This document shows positions 1 through 14,236 of a stretch of DNA of 64,000 nucleotides, one piece after another. A program made the position numbers and the translations under genes. The first letter of the stretch is position 1, and each line of letters starts with the position of its first letter. This stretch comes from Eledone cirrhosa (Eukaryota). The notes below the pieces were generated by a model. That model searched no databases. It was not told where the DNA came from and saw only the letters and a program-made list of their open reading frames with translations. The stretch lies in NCBI GenBank assembly GCA_964016885.1, contig OZ024745.1, positions 70,866,001 through 70,930,000 of the forward strand. Direction: 5' to 3'.

Positions 1-45
<45 letters not shown>

Positions 46-402
46 AGTGAGAAATATGTATAAATATATATTTATTAGTGAAATATACCCACTTTGTATC
101 TTACCATGTATCCAGTACTTCTTTGATTTGTGGTCTATGCTTCTATTCAGATATGACGAGGTGATGTTTCATTAAGCTTTCTCGAGATTTAAAACATAAA
201 ACAATGTCTTCGGCCATCTTGCTTATTGATTTTACGACGTTACTTTTTTTGTTTTGTTTACTTTTTTGTGTTTTCGTTTGTTTCTTTTCTCACCTAGGTT
301 CTTGTTTGTTTTTTTTTTTGCTTTTTTTTTTGGGGGGGGGGGGGGGTTGTTGACTGAAATGAAGCGATGGAAATATTTAGCGAAAATGACAAACAAACAA
401 TA

Positions 403-608
403 GTGGTTTCTGATTTTGGGAACTGGGTCAACAATTTAGGGAGGTAGTGAACATCGCCTAAATCAACCCCAGTGTGTGACCGGTGCTTTATTTTATCGAC
501 CCGTAAGGATGAAAAGGAAAGCTAACCTCAGCGGGATTTGAAATCAGGACGTAAAGGGCCGTAACTCATGTTGTCCGACGCCCTACCGATATTGCCAATC
601 TTTACCCC
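403..608 (-). mobile_element. Older tRNA-derived SINE copy (Meta-domain-like family)
   Basis: Reverse complement matches the 1002-1190 family (ttggcaatatcggtagggcgtcggac...ttcaaatcccgctgagg...ttcatccttacgggtcgataaaataaag), with a longer, diverged 3' part. Confidence 0.8.
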
Positions 609-862
609 TTATTAACAATAATAGTAATAATAATAATAATTGTTTCTAGATTAGGCACGAGACCTAATAATAATAATATCAAAGCGAGATAGCGTCAATT
701 TGGAATTTAATGTTTCACGCTCCTGCGATCGGAAATTCAATGGCATAACACTGCTCTACTTGTTGATAGCATATCGACCAGCAATATATTGTTATCGATT
801 CTAATCATACAGCACCTCTTATCTAGCAATAGTTCTGGTACATCTTTGTTTTCATTATATGG

Positions 863-919
863 ATACATACATACATACATACATACATACATACATACAT
901 ACATACATACATACATACA

Positions 920-948
<29 letters not shown>
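863..948. repeat. (CATA)n microsatellite
   Basis: Direct reading; explains ORFs 737..982 and 789..1055. Confidence 0.95.
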
Positions 949-950
<2 letters not shown>

Positions 951-1001
951 TTGTGTGTGTACGTATGTATGTATGAATTCATACAATTATATATGTATAT
1001 A

Positions 1002-1190
1002 GGCGGTGAATTGGCAGTATCAGTAGAGGGTCGGACACCATGCTTTCCAGCATAGTTACGTCCCTTTACTATCTGAGTTCAAATCCCGCCGAGGTTGACT
1101 TTGCCTTTCATCCTTACGGGGTCGATAAAATAAAGTACCAGTAATGCACTGGGTAATTGCTGGCCTTGTGCCTAAAGTAGAAACAATTAT
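1002..1190 (+). mobile_element. Full-length young tRNA-derived SINE, Meta-domain-like
   Basis: A-box-like tggcagtatcagtagag, B-box gagttcaaatccc, central gcctttcatccttacggggtcgataaaataaagtacc (resembles the MetaSINE domain as I recall it), 3' end gtagaaacaattat. 19-bp direct repeat acaattatatatgtatata at 983-1001 and 1183-1201. Confidence 0.9.
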
Positions 1191-2328
1191 ATATGTATAT
1201 ATTTTTGCATGATTACATTTATGTATATATGTATTATAAAGGAAATTGTACAAACTAAATTACGGGTAAAACACTTTAAACATTTCATATAACATTGGGG
1301 TGCGGGAAACGTTCGTTTATGGTACTTTCTAGAGTCTTCACGACTTGTGGGGAGGAGATGCTAAAGGCACCCAAGAGACACTTGGTGGAGTTAAAGTAAC
1401 GGACCAGGCATTAAGTTTATTTCCCAGGTAGGGTGCAATGTTATTTTTACTCAGACGGCAAAAGGAACCGGCACAAACACAGCACAGCATCTCGTAATAC
1501 GACAAGAGTATTATTTATTACGAGACTGTGATTTTATATGAAACTAAAACTTTATACGAAACTAAGGCTTCATGCACTTCAGCATTTGATCCGTTGTCAT
1601 GGTTATAACTTTCAGGAAGAAATTTCTGAATTATCTATTTTAGGAATGTTCTCACCTACCTCACCAGAGGTCAAAGAGACCAACAGATCTAAATCATAAA
1701 ATAGCTAAATTTTCTCCGCTTCTGTACTTAATATGTACTCTGTGAAACATTTCAATCCTGTATAGTGAAAAACCATGTTATCATTTTACGATATATATTA
1801 TTAAAATATTCCACTATGTAGCTTCATGTGAGAACGTTACGACACAAAGTCAGATTTTGTCCAATGGAATTTATAATAACGAGATATTCCGTTTTATAAC
1901 AAAATTGGCAGACGTGTAATTACAATATTATCGAACGAATTATATGGATTTAATGGGTGATTTTGAAAGATATAAAATTACAGTTTTTAGACTGTATTAT
2001 AGATGGTAGTAAATTGTATACAGGAGAAAGCTATTGTGAACATTGTCAAATTACTGTATAAATGTATATATAAGTTGATAGCTCACGACAAATCCTTACT
2101 AAACTATTTTCGATATTTTAATACAATTTTCATCATAATTTATTAATAAATAAATGTTGATCTGAAATAATAAATTCACTTAAGAAATTGTATAAACTTA
2201 AATGGCACTAATAAGAACTTCAGATGACATAGTAACATTTAATCATGATATTTCTTTCAGAACTAAATCCTATTCATATATCAATTTTTGTATATAATGT
2301 CCCTGTCCTCATTTAATATTACTATTTG

Positions 2329-2342
2329 AACTACTACTACTA

Positions 2343-2392
<50 letters not shown>

Positions 2393-2424
2393 ACTACGAC
2401 GACGACGACGACAGCTACTGCTAC

Positions 2425-2523
<99 letters not shown>

Positions 2524-2532
2524 CAGAGAGAG
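2329..2532. repeat. Compound microsatellite (ACT)n(GCT)n(GAC)n(TA)n(AG)n
   Basis: Direct reading. Confidence 0.95.
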
Positions 2533-2910
2533 ATCCTTTTGTTGATGAGGTGGGGTCGCGGTGACTCCAGCCTTGTAAATCACGGACGCCACATAGCATG
2601 CTCAGTCTAGGGTACCATCTTTACGGTCTTCTGGATCCTAGATTGTATATAACGGCTATTCCTGATATCACCAGCAAACTCTACACAAATTTGCCATACA
2701 GAAGAGCAAAGATATATATTTAGCTATGTGCATGATTAGTACTAATTACATCCCGTCCCTGAGAAATAACAAGAAGTCCATCTCAGTCCTCTGAATGAAA
2801 AAGACTGGAACGCACTATCTTAAAACATTTCCTGAAAGTTCAAAGTTTAATCCAGTATTCTATCTTTTAATTGGACACTAGTGTTCAGTCCAACATTATA
2901 TTTTATTCTG

Positions 2911-3070
2911 TTGGACGCCGTGCTTTCTAGCATAGTTACGTCCCTTTACGGTGTGAGTTCAAATCCCGTCGAGGTTAACTTTGCCTTTCATCCTTATGGG
3001 GCCGATAAAATAAAGTACTAGTAATGTACTAGATAATTGCTGGCCTTGTGCCAACAGTAGAAACAATTAT
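2911..3070 (+). mobile_element. 5'-truncated young SINE copy
   Basis: Matches 1002-1190 from ggacgcc onward. Near-perfect TSD attatattttattctg (2895-2910) / attatattttttctg (3066-3080). Confidence 0.88.
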
Positions 3071-3661
3071 ATTTTTTCTGGAAATCCACCGTTTCAACTG
3101 ACATTCTATTATTGAGGCCGAACTTTACCGCGATCTTTCAATCCGTAACAAACATAATATTGATTTCTAACATAGGAAAAAGGCTGCTATATGTAGGGAA
3201 GTAGTATAGCGGTAAATAAATAACACAAACCATTTTTTTTTTTCGGCGGCTTTTCAGATTGTGCAAATATACCGATAATGTAATATTAATTCTATTGGCA
3301 GTGTAGTTATAAACTATAAATCTCGTGAAAAATAATTGTGATACATATCACATATTTTTCAAAGATTTACTATACATGTACATAAATAGTTTACTATGTG
3401 ATATTAAGTATTATGTAAACACAGGAGATACTATTAACAGAGATACAAACTGTGTGCGGACAATCAATCGTATAAAGAAAAAGTAACGAATGTCACACAT
3501 TTTATGTTTGATAGAAAGCATAAAGTTGTTTTAAACGTAAATATCAGTTGTATGTTAGATCAGAATGACACCTGGCTTGTATGAACTCGAGTATATAGTG
3601 TAACATGTATGTTAAGGTCATTAAAATCCCTAACTATTCTCTATAACTGTCTCTCTCTTTG

Positions 3662-3694
<33 letters not shown>

Positions 3695-3870
3695 ACATGT
3701 GTGTGTGCGTGTGTGTGTTCGTTTTTATATTTGTTTTGCAAGAATCTTGATGTGAAATTGTGTAGTGGAAAATAGGTTATATTTCTATAGGGTCATGCTG
3801 CCAATAAAACCAGGCGCAGCAGTTGAGTCTCATTTCAGTTTTATTAACTTCCCACGTCACATTCACACGA

Positions 3871-3927
3871 CGAACCTCGTATGTCTCGGTTACTAGCTGA
3901 GTGTTCTAACCTTTGAGCTAAGGGACC
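3871..3927 (-). pseudogene. tRNA-Thr(AGT)-like fragment (tRNA pseudogene or SINE head)
   Basis: Minus strand reads GGTCCCT TAGCTCAAAGGTTAGAAC A CTCAG CTAGTAA CCGAG ACATA CGAGG TTCG: D-arm, anticodon loop CT-AGT-AA, and the 5' half of a T-arm. The 3' half of the T-arm and acceptor stem is missing. Confidence 0.55.
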
Positions 3928-3941
3928 TCTGTACGAGTGTC

Positions 3942-4070
<129 letters not shown>

Positions 4071-4763
4071 GAAAATAGTTTGCGTTTTAATTTTTTTAAT
4101 ATAAAACATTTTTTTCATTTTAGTTTTAATTACTTTATTCGATAATAATTTTAACATCTACATTTATTTTGGCTCATGTAAATTCAATAAAAACCCAAAC
4201 TATTTAATCATTAATAAGCAATTTTCTCCAGAGACATCCTTCAATTTAATAATTCAACATTTTGCATTTTGAAAATATATTCTAGTAGTATGGTTAGGCT
4301 CGGCATAGATGTTTTATAGCGATTACAATTTATTTATATGATTGCCTAAACCTTCAAAAATGAACATTTCCTACCGTGTAGATAATTGCATCGCTATTTT
4401 AACATTGGAAACGTATTGGCTCGTGACAATGTCACAAGCATGGATAAGAGGTTTCGCTTCCTAGTCATGAGTCCTTGACACATATTATATTTATGGTAGA
4501 TATGTCCGTAGAAATTATCTGGACATTCATTTGATCGATTAATTGAATAATTATCGTTAAAACTGAGAGAGAATTCCTCATCAATTCTGAGAAAAGGAAC
4601 ACTATAAATTAAGGTGCGCGGCGCCTATTTTTAATCTAAACTAAGCATGTTTAATGATAACATGATGATATAACAAATTATATATATAATATATGATAAG
4701 CTAACAATCTAACTAGGTGCAAATTAACTTGATTACGAAACATGCAGTATTTATATTTTTATT

Positions 4764-4817
<54 letters not shown>

Positions 4818-4854
4818 ATAATAATAAATGTGAAGAGTAAAATATTTTAATAAG

Positions 4855-4963
<109 letters not shown>

Positions 4964-5574
4964 GTGTGTGTCAATAAATATAAATGAATACCGCATGTTT
5001 CGTAATATAAGGTAATTTGCACCTTATTAGCTTCTATGTAAAATGACTTTGATAGTGTACATTAATAAAGTATAATTGTTAAAAGTATGATACACTATAC
5101 ATAGATGTACAGTCAAGATTTTGACATCTTGATTTGATGTAATTATGGAGAAAAGGTACATCAATGATGATGCATGACCAATAAGTGTGATAATATCTTT
5201 GTCAATGTTGAGAGTTCAACTTAAATTTTCCTATTGGTGTTGATTTCTATATCACAACCACAAAGTTCAGAAAAAACATGAAATTTATTTTTTCTGCTTA
5301 TGACAATGAATGCAAATACTTTAGACCATTCATAGTTAAAAGTAGTCTTCACTTTTGATATTTCTTTAGAGTCTTGAAACAAGAACAACAATAAATCACT
5401 ATTTCTCCACTGTAGCCTTAGGCAAACTTCCTTCTTGTAGATGTCAACAACGTGACTGTGTACGGCGGGCAGGTAGTGAGTTTCCGGTTAAAAATAAATT
5501 ATACAACATGTCTTCACGTTTTAACTAAATTTTCATAGAACTATATTTGTCTTATTTCGATGTTATTATTACAT

Positions 5575-6030
5575 ACTGAATTGGTAGTATCTTTAGCGCA
5601 GTGTCTTTAGCAGAATCTTTAGGACAAATGCTTAACAGTGTTTTTCCAGCTCTTTATAATCTATAAGTCCAATCCAACCGAGGTCAACTTTCACTTTCAT
5701 CCTTTCGATAAAATAAATTGCTAGTGAAGTACCGGGATCGTTTTAATCAACTTACCACTCCCTAAAATTGCTCACCTTTTGCCTAAATTAGAAATCCTTA
5801 TTATTTGTTTGGGTGGTGGATTGGCAAAATCGTCACAGCCTCGGAAATACATTTTGGTATTCGTTCTGACTCTTTACAGTCCTTGTTAAAACCCCGTTAT
5901 GGTCAACTTTAATTTTCATCCTTCTGGGGAGAACAAATAAATTACAAATTAACTACTTGTTTAAGTTTATCATCTTCATCTAATTAACAGCACAAATTTC
6001 TGGCCTTGTACATAAATTAGATACTAATAT
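5575..6030 (+). mobile_element. Two tandem diverged Meta-like SINE copies
   Basis: Two successive gaggtcaacttt...ttcatcctt...aaataaa...ggccttgt...aaattaga motifs. Confidence 0.7.
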
Positions 6031-6484
6031 TTTATATACGAGGAGAAAAATCTGTATTTGCTTTTTTATAAGATGTGTATAAACATTAAGATTTTCTGTG
6101 TTTTAAGTATATCTGAAATAATTTAGAGAATGATTTTTAATCGGTCTGAAAAAGGAGGGCAGATTAGCGTCTGGTGTTATTTGCTACTGGACGAAGTGTT
6201 GAGTGCTGAAATGTCGGATGTCTGACCACATTAATATGTGAAATATATTCATGAAACCTTCGAGTACATAGTCTACGGAGACTAGTAAAATAGACTTAAT
6301 ATAAAATAAGTACAACATATGTCTTTGTGTTGATTTATCGACTATGCCAATCATTTAGTAATTTGTAGTCTCCTACCAAAGGAAATGGACTGAGTGTCAG
6401 ATCAACCAGGGAACAATATTTGCTCAAACTATCTAGTGTAGGGGTGCAGAAATGTATTCAGAACACATAGTACCGTTATCATTG

Positions 6485-7752
6485 TGATCATTGTTATCAT
6501 TATGACTGCACAACAGCCTATGATAATAGTTATTATTAGGATCATTGTTATCATTATGACTATGCGAAAGTTTATGATCAATGTTAATAGTATGATCATT
6601 GCTATTATTATGACTATACAAAAGTTTATGATCAATGTTAATAGTATGATCATTGCTATCATTATGACTATACAAAAGTATATGATCAATGTTAATAGTA
6701 TGATCATTGCTATCATTATGACTATACAAAAGTTTATGATCAATGTTAATAGTATGATCATTGTTATTATTATGACTATACGAAAGTTTATGATCAATGT
6801 TAATAGTATGATCATTGCTATTATTATGACTATACAAAAGTTTATGATCAATGTTAATAGTATGATCATTGTTATTATTATGACTATACAAAAGTCTATG
6901 ATCAATGTTAATAGTATGATCATTGCTATTATTATGACTATACAAAAGTTTATGATCAATGTTAATAGTATGATCATTGCTATCATTATGACTATACAAA
7001 AGTTTATGATCAATGTTAATAGTATGATCATTGCTATCATTATGACTATACAAAAGTTTATGATCAATGTTAATAGTATGATCATTGCTATCATTATGAC
7101 TATACAAAAGTTTATGATCAATGTTAATAGTATGATCATTGCTATCATTATGACTATACAAAAGTTTATGATCAATGTTAATAGTATGATCATTGTTATT
7201 ATTATGACTATACAAAAGTTTATGATCAATGTTAATAGTATGATCATTGCTATCATTATGACTATACAGAAGTCTATGATCAATGTTAATAGTATGATCA
7301 TTGCTATCATTATGACTATACAAAAGTCTATGATCAATGTTAATAGTATGATCATTGCTATCATTATGACTATACAGAAGTCTATGATCAATGTTAATAG
7401 TATGATCATTGCTATCATTATGACTATACAAAAGTTTATGATCAATGTTAATAGTATGATCATTGCTATCATTATGACTATACAAAAGTTTATGATCAAT
7501 GTTAATAGTATGATCATTGCTATCATTATGACTATACAGAAGTCTATGATCATTGCTATTATTATGACTATACAAAAGTTTATGATCAATGTTAATAGTA
7601 TGATCATTGCTATTATTATGACTATACAAAAGTCTATGATCAATGTTAATAGTATGATCATTGCTATCATTATGACTATACAAAAGTTTATGATCAATGT
7701 TAATAGTATAAGCATTGCTATCATTATGACTATACAAAAGTCTATGATCATT
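6485..7752. repeat. 54-bp minisatellite (~23 copies) built of three 18-bp sub-repeats
   Basis: Unit tatgatcattgctatcat|tatgactatacaaaagtt|tatgatcaatgttaatag. One 36-bp unit near 7510-7545 lacks the third sub-repeat. Confidence 0.97.
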
Positions 7753-7929
7753 CTTAACGTTCATAGTAATGAAAATGATGTATTTAACAATGATATCATT
7801 AACTTATGACCAATGTTACTGATACCTCTTATCATTATATCTGACCAGCAGTATATGGCTACTATTATCACTGTAACTATTGTTCCTTATATGTCTTACC
7901 GCTATGACTAAGTAACATTATGTGGTTAA

Positions 7930-8095
7930 GAGGGTCGGACGCCATGCTTTCCAGCATAGTTACTTCCCTTTACGATCTGAGTTCAAATCCCGCCGAGGTT
8001 AACTTTTCCTTTCATCCTTACGCGGTCGATAAAATAAAGTACCAGTAATGTACTGGGTATTTTGCTGGCCTTGTGCCAAAAGTAGAAACAATTAT
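7930..8095 (+). mobile_element. 5'-truncated young SINE copy
   Basis: Matches the family. 13-bp TSD attatgtggttaa at 7917-7929 and 8091-8103. Confidence 0.9.
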
Positions 8096-8654
8096 GTGGT
8101 TAATATTAAGATAGTGGTTATTGTTATCGTTATAACTCTTCAACAGAATAATCAATGTTATCACAGAAGGCGATCAATTGACTGCAAGGCTATGATCATT
8201 GTTATCATAATAGTTGTTCAACAATGTCTGTTTCGATTGTTATCAGGGTCATAACTGCTATCATATCACTATGACGTGGGAATAAACTCATTAAATCCAA
8301 CGGTCAGAAAACCAATATCAATAACAAAGTCATTTCTATTAGCAACATGTCTTCCTTTAACACTGTATCACGAAAGACACATCTACAGAGACCGACACAC
8401 AGACTAAACATATTAACAGAGAACCCAGTTTAATTAAAGAATTAATTTACTCGGACATCTCCTACAGTGTCATTACCATGCCATTATCGAAGAGATTCGG
8501 TTGCTTAGCTTAGAGGCTACGTGGTAATGTGGGGTAGCATAATTGAAATTGCTGACGTAAAATCTTCGCAGAGTTGTTATTTTTATTCTGCAACTGTCTC
8601 ACGTGTATACTTGTATGTGTGTTTGCGTGTGCCTGTGTATCAGAATATATCTGA

Positions 8655-9553
<899 letters not shown>

Positions 9554-9554
9554 G

Positions 9555-9670
9555 CGGAGGAGCAAATTTGTGTAATAATATTGCCAGAATTAATAACAGA
9601 ACACACTCACTGTTTGGTTGGTTTTCGTTTCTGTGTCTTTTATATCGGTTAATTTAATTTATTCAGTCCT
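9555..9670 (-). mobile_element. 3' tail fragment of a TA-embedded element, inverted copy of 11151-11270
   Basis: taatattgccagaattaataacagaacacactcactgtttggttg...ctgtgtcttttatatcggt is the reverse complement of 11151-11270; abuts (TA)n. Confidence 0.75.
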
Positions 9671-10385
9671 TTTCGACACACGATTTCATATCAAAAACCT
9701 CGCAAAACTAATTCATCGCCGTTATATATACACATATATATATATATACATATATATATAAATATATATATATTAATATATATATTTATATACATATATA
9801 TATATTTATATATATATATATATTTATATATTTATATATATATGTGTGTGTGTGTGTGTGCGTGTGTGTGTGTGTGTGTGTGTATATAATAATAAGACAA
9901 CGAATGGGAACAAAACAAAACAAAATTATTTTTTAAGGAGAAACCTTAAAAAATTATTTTTTAAAAGTAAATATACTTGAGATGGACTTTGGCAGTTTTG
10001 ACCCCTACCAACGGTACTGCTAGTGCATCCGGGGTCGGCGCCTGACATAAGCCTAACGTTGTTCAGTGAAGTAAGAGAAGAGTGACAAAGCATTAATTTA
10101 TAACAATTAAGCTACAAAACACATAGAATTTTCTGTGACGTCAGGGAATATATATATTTAGAACAACTGTGTTGTGTAAATGAAATTAGACAATGAAAAC
10201 AGACATTTTCCGATTTTCCGATTTCCTGAGCATGGCTGTCCAAGAATATGGAAATCTGAGTTTTCCGTATTTAGGATGGTAACTACTACCTCTACTAGTG
10301 CTCAATATATACCATAGCCACAGAGGAAATTTAAATGCCGGCCGTTCGGAGTCAAATATATATATATATACATATATATATATAC

Positions 10386-10719
<334 letters not shown>

Positions 10720-10807
10720 TTATATATATATATATTTATATAGTTGTATGGTTGCATGAAAAATACGTTCGAGAGCGGTATGCCGTTTGCCACGAACTCA
10801 TATACTA

Positions 10808-10893
10808 AACATATCTGACGATTACAGAGTCAGGTTCGATCTATAATAGGTCTTGCCTCATGCTGATCTATAGTGAAACATATGTAATATGTT
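10808..10893 (+). ncRNA. Candidate type I hammerhead ribozyme (Penelope-type minimal stem III)
   Basis: Helix I AACATAT (10808-14) / ATATGTT (10887-93); core CTGACGA (10815-21); long irregular stem II; GAAAC (10875-79); palindromic ACATATGT stem III; GUA cleavage triplet (10884-86). Confidence 0.65.
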
Positions 10894-11028
10894 ATTAAAT
10901 ATCTTATGATGCAACACTGAATCCTTGTTCCTTATCCTTATTGTATATATATATATATATATACTATAAGGATAAGGATATATATACAAATAAAGATGGC
11001 GTAGAAATACAATGCAACGGGAGGAATC

Positions 11029-11084
11029 TATAGCACCACTGACGATGTTGCAGATGTGCAACGAAAGAACTTTGATAAACTATA
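11029..11084 (+). ncRNA. Degenerate hammerhead ribozyme motif
   Basis: CTGACGA-T-GTTGCA-gatg-TGCAAC-GAAA with a perfect 6-bp stem II. Stems I and III are poorly paired. Confidence 0.45.
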
Positions 11085-11300
11085 TATATGTGTTTGTGTC
11101 TATATTGTATCTGTATTATTTTTGACCGTTGGTCAGTCAATGGCAACATTGAGGACCGAATGAATTAGATTACCGATATAAAAGACACAGAAGCGAAAAG
11201 TGAAAATCAACCAAACAGTGAGTGTGTTCTGTTATTAATTCTGGCAATATTACACTAATATGACCCTCCCCAAGTATAACAATATATATATATATATATA

Positions 11301-11909
11301 TGGTGGCTGCCAACTCGTTTTCGAGTACGGCCACTACTTTATATCCATGTAGGAGAACCCCTACCGATGCGCTGAACGAGTGTGACTTTTGAGTCCAGCC
11401 AGCGACTTGAAAACTCTGGTACAAACACTACACCTGTGACAATTATTGACACACAGTGCTGGGCCCATGGTACCATGTGATGACAAGTGCAGAGAGATCT
11501 CCAGATATAAAGCAATGCCTGTGCCGTGAAGCTTTTATAGTGAGCAAAGGCATTGCACAAAGCCAGTCCCACTCTCTTAACCAAGATGATATTTACCAAA
11601 AAGAAGAACAAGTCAACATCATTGGATACCATCAGGGTTGCAGGTGTTATATCAGAGTTTTCCTTCTCCTAGAATTCTGCCTTGACAAAGGCTAAGGGGT
11701 CATCTCTCCCGGTGATTTTGGAATGCCATTGACTCTTAAGAGCTCCTTTGCCCTTTGACAGGTTTTGTTTTTAGTCCTGCAGGATGTCCAAAGTCACCCT
11801 CCTCACCAAGAAACCTTGGTGGGGTTGCCAGTTTAGTCGCCAACGACCCGACCATGAGACAGGTTGTACTGGGATACATGTTACCAGTAGCACCAACTGG
11901 TGACCTGAC
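11301..11909 (-). mobile_element. ~610-bp non-coding retroelement with an RTE-like 5'UTR motif
   Basis: Near-identical copies at 41946-42074 and 61255-61594. The minus strand has ctaggagaaggaaaactctga, a motif I associate with RTE 5'UTRs. The 3' end gagttggcagccacca abuts a microsatellite. Confidence 0.75.
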
Positions 11910-12628
11910 ACACACATTATATATACATATATATATACACACACATTAGTGCGTCAGAGAGAATGCTTTGTTGTATTCGTTTCGGCTCTCTACTCTCTGA
12001 GTTCGAATCCTGTTGAGGTCACTTCATCTTCCATCCATTCAAGGTCGATAAGAAAAGTACCAGTCCAGTACAGTGGTTGATTCGTCCTCTGTGTCTCTAT
12101 CTCATCTCCATTCAATCACAGATTATCCTTCTCAGGAAGTAATCTGCTGTATTCAGACCTCGTAAGGAGATGGGTTAAGCCATGTTTTAAAATGCCCTGG
12201 AAACGCTGTATATCGATTTGGTGCACCTACGACTCCCTTGAAGGTTACGGAGTGATGCATGCATATATATATATATATACACATACATACACACACTCAT
12301 ATATATATGTGTGTGTGTGTGTGTGTCTGTGCGTGTGTGTGTGTGGGTGTATGTATTAGTGGGTGGTTTATGAAACATTGCAAATAAAAGCAATCAAACA
12401 TTGACTGAAAAAGCACTTAGTTCCTTTAAGTAGAATACAAAGTTTATTTTCACAATGAAAATGTTGACAGTACCTTCGAAGTTTCCCTGCCTATGACAAA
12501 GTCATTTCTCTCGGAAATTCGATTTCACTGTTAATTTCATCTTATATATTTTAATATATATATATATATATATACAGAGAGAGAAGTGGGGAGAGAGTGA
12601 GAGAGATAATTATTAGATAAATAGAGAG

Positions 12629-12704
<76 letters not shown>
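12629..12704. repeat. (GATA)n microsatellite
   Basis: Direct reading. Confidence 0.95.
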
Positions 12705-12857
12705 GTAGGCAGCCCCATCATTGCGGTTAAATAATTCGCTTCGTAACTATATATATATATGTGTCATTGAAACTCTAGTTCTGTTCTGTTCCCCTCGGTT
12801 ATGCTTTACCTTTCAATAATATAAGTTCTCTCTCTATATATATATATCTCTCTCTCG

Positions 12858-12918
<61 letters not shown>

Positions 12919-13070
12919 CCTTTATCTCTCTCTCTCTCCTTCTCTCTCTCTCGCTCTCTCTCGCTCTCTCTCTCTCTCTCAACTTAATGTATTGAGTGTC
13001 TTATTTTTATTGTTCCCTTCCGTGTTTAAAGGCAAATCATACAAATACTTTTATATTCATGCATATATGC

Positions 13071-13106
<36 letters not shown>

Positions 13107-14236
13107 GAGGGGGAGAGTGAGAGGAGAAAGAGAGGGAAAGAGGGGGAAGTGTGAGAGCTGTCTGTGTGTTTGTGTGCATATGTATGTATATATGTATATT
13201 ATATAGATATAGCTTATAACGATGAAGACTACTGTGACTCTAACGCTAGCTACACATTGCCCTATAAGTAAAGAAATCAATTACGTGCGCATACACACAC
13301 ACACGCGCACACACACATACATACACACACACACACATATACACACACACAAACACTCAAAACTTATATTAGCCCCAAGAATGATGATTTACCTGTAATA
13401 AATCAAAAATAATCATACATATTGAAATGAGATATTTTCCAGACTACATTTTATTTGGAAAATTTGTAGAGTTCCTATCCCTGCGTGTATTTCAACATTA
13501 CCGAGAGACACTGAACAGTGAACAGACGCCATATAATATTATGACTAACATAAAATATGTTTGGGTTGGGCTGGGACGGTATTTAGAGGGCTTTGAGAAA
13601 CAAAATAAAATTTATAGTTAAACAATAATATACATATACGTACATATATATCTCTTTACATATATTTATATACACGCACATATATATGTGTGTATATATA
13701 TATATATATAATCATACATACATACATACATGCATGCATACGTACATATATATATATATGTGTGTGAATGTGTGAGTGTGTGTAATATAGAAATACAAAT
13801 ATATAATTAGTTAGAGAGTATTGACCTAGATGATATGTGTCTGACTGTATAGAACTACCTAATGAAGAGTTTCCAGTTACATTTTGAGACACCATAATCC
13901 GCTCAACAACGAATTGATGTTGTCCAAACATTCTGTTTTAGAGGTTCTTCAACTATTTCATAGAAGAATTTCTTCAAAATACTGATTAAAGTTTCTGGGC
14001 TCTTTTCCTTTCTTGAAATGTTCGAGGAAATCAATCAATGAGCAGGTATATCGTGATTTGTAAAAGTTAAAACGGTTGCATTTGCTTTGTTTTATATTCG
14101 CGAGACAACGACACTTGCACAGAGCCTTGAAAATCAGCCAAATGGGATAAACTTTCGTATGTCACGCATTGCTTGCTTATAAAGAGCTTTATGATGTTCC
14201 TACAACATTAACTCAAAATATGCCTCTAACTTAGAC

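Noticed and set aside
6485-7752. CRISPR array
   Set aside because: Units are contiguous tandem repeats with no unique spacers, there are no cas genes, and the context is eukaryotic.
11456-11695. Duplicated small protein gene (also 61263..61499)
   Set aside because: It lies within a three-copy interspersed repeat, both strands give similar-length ORFs, and no domain is recognisable.
13800-14220. Transposase or exon remnant
   Set aside because: All frames are interrupted and no convincing motif remained after checking frames.
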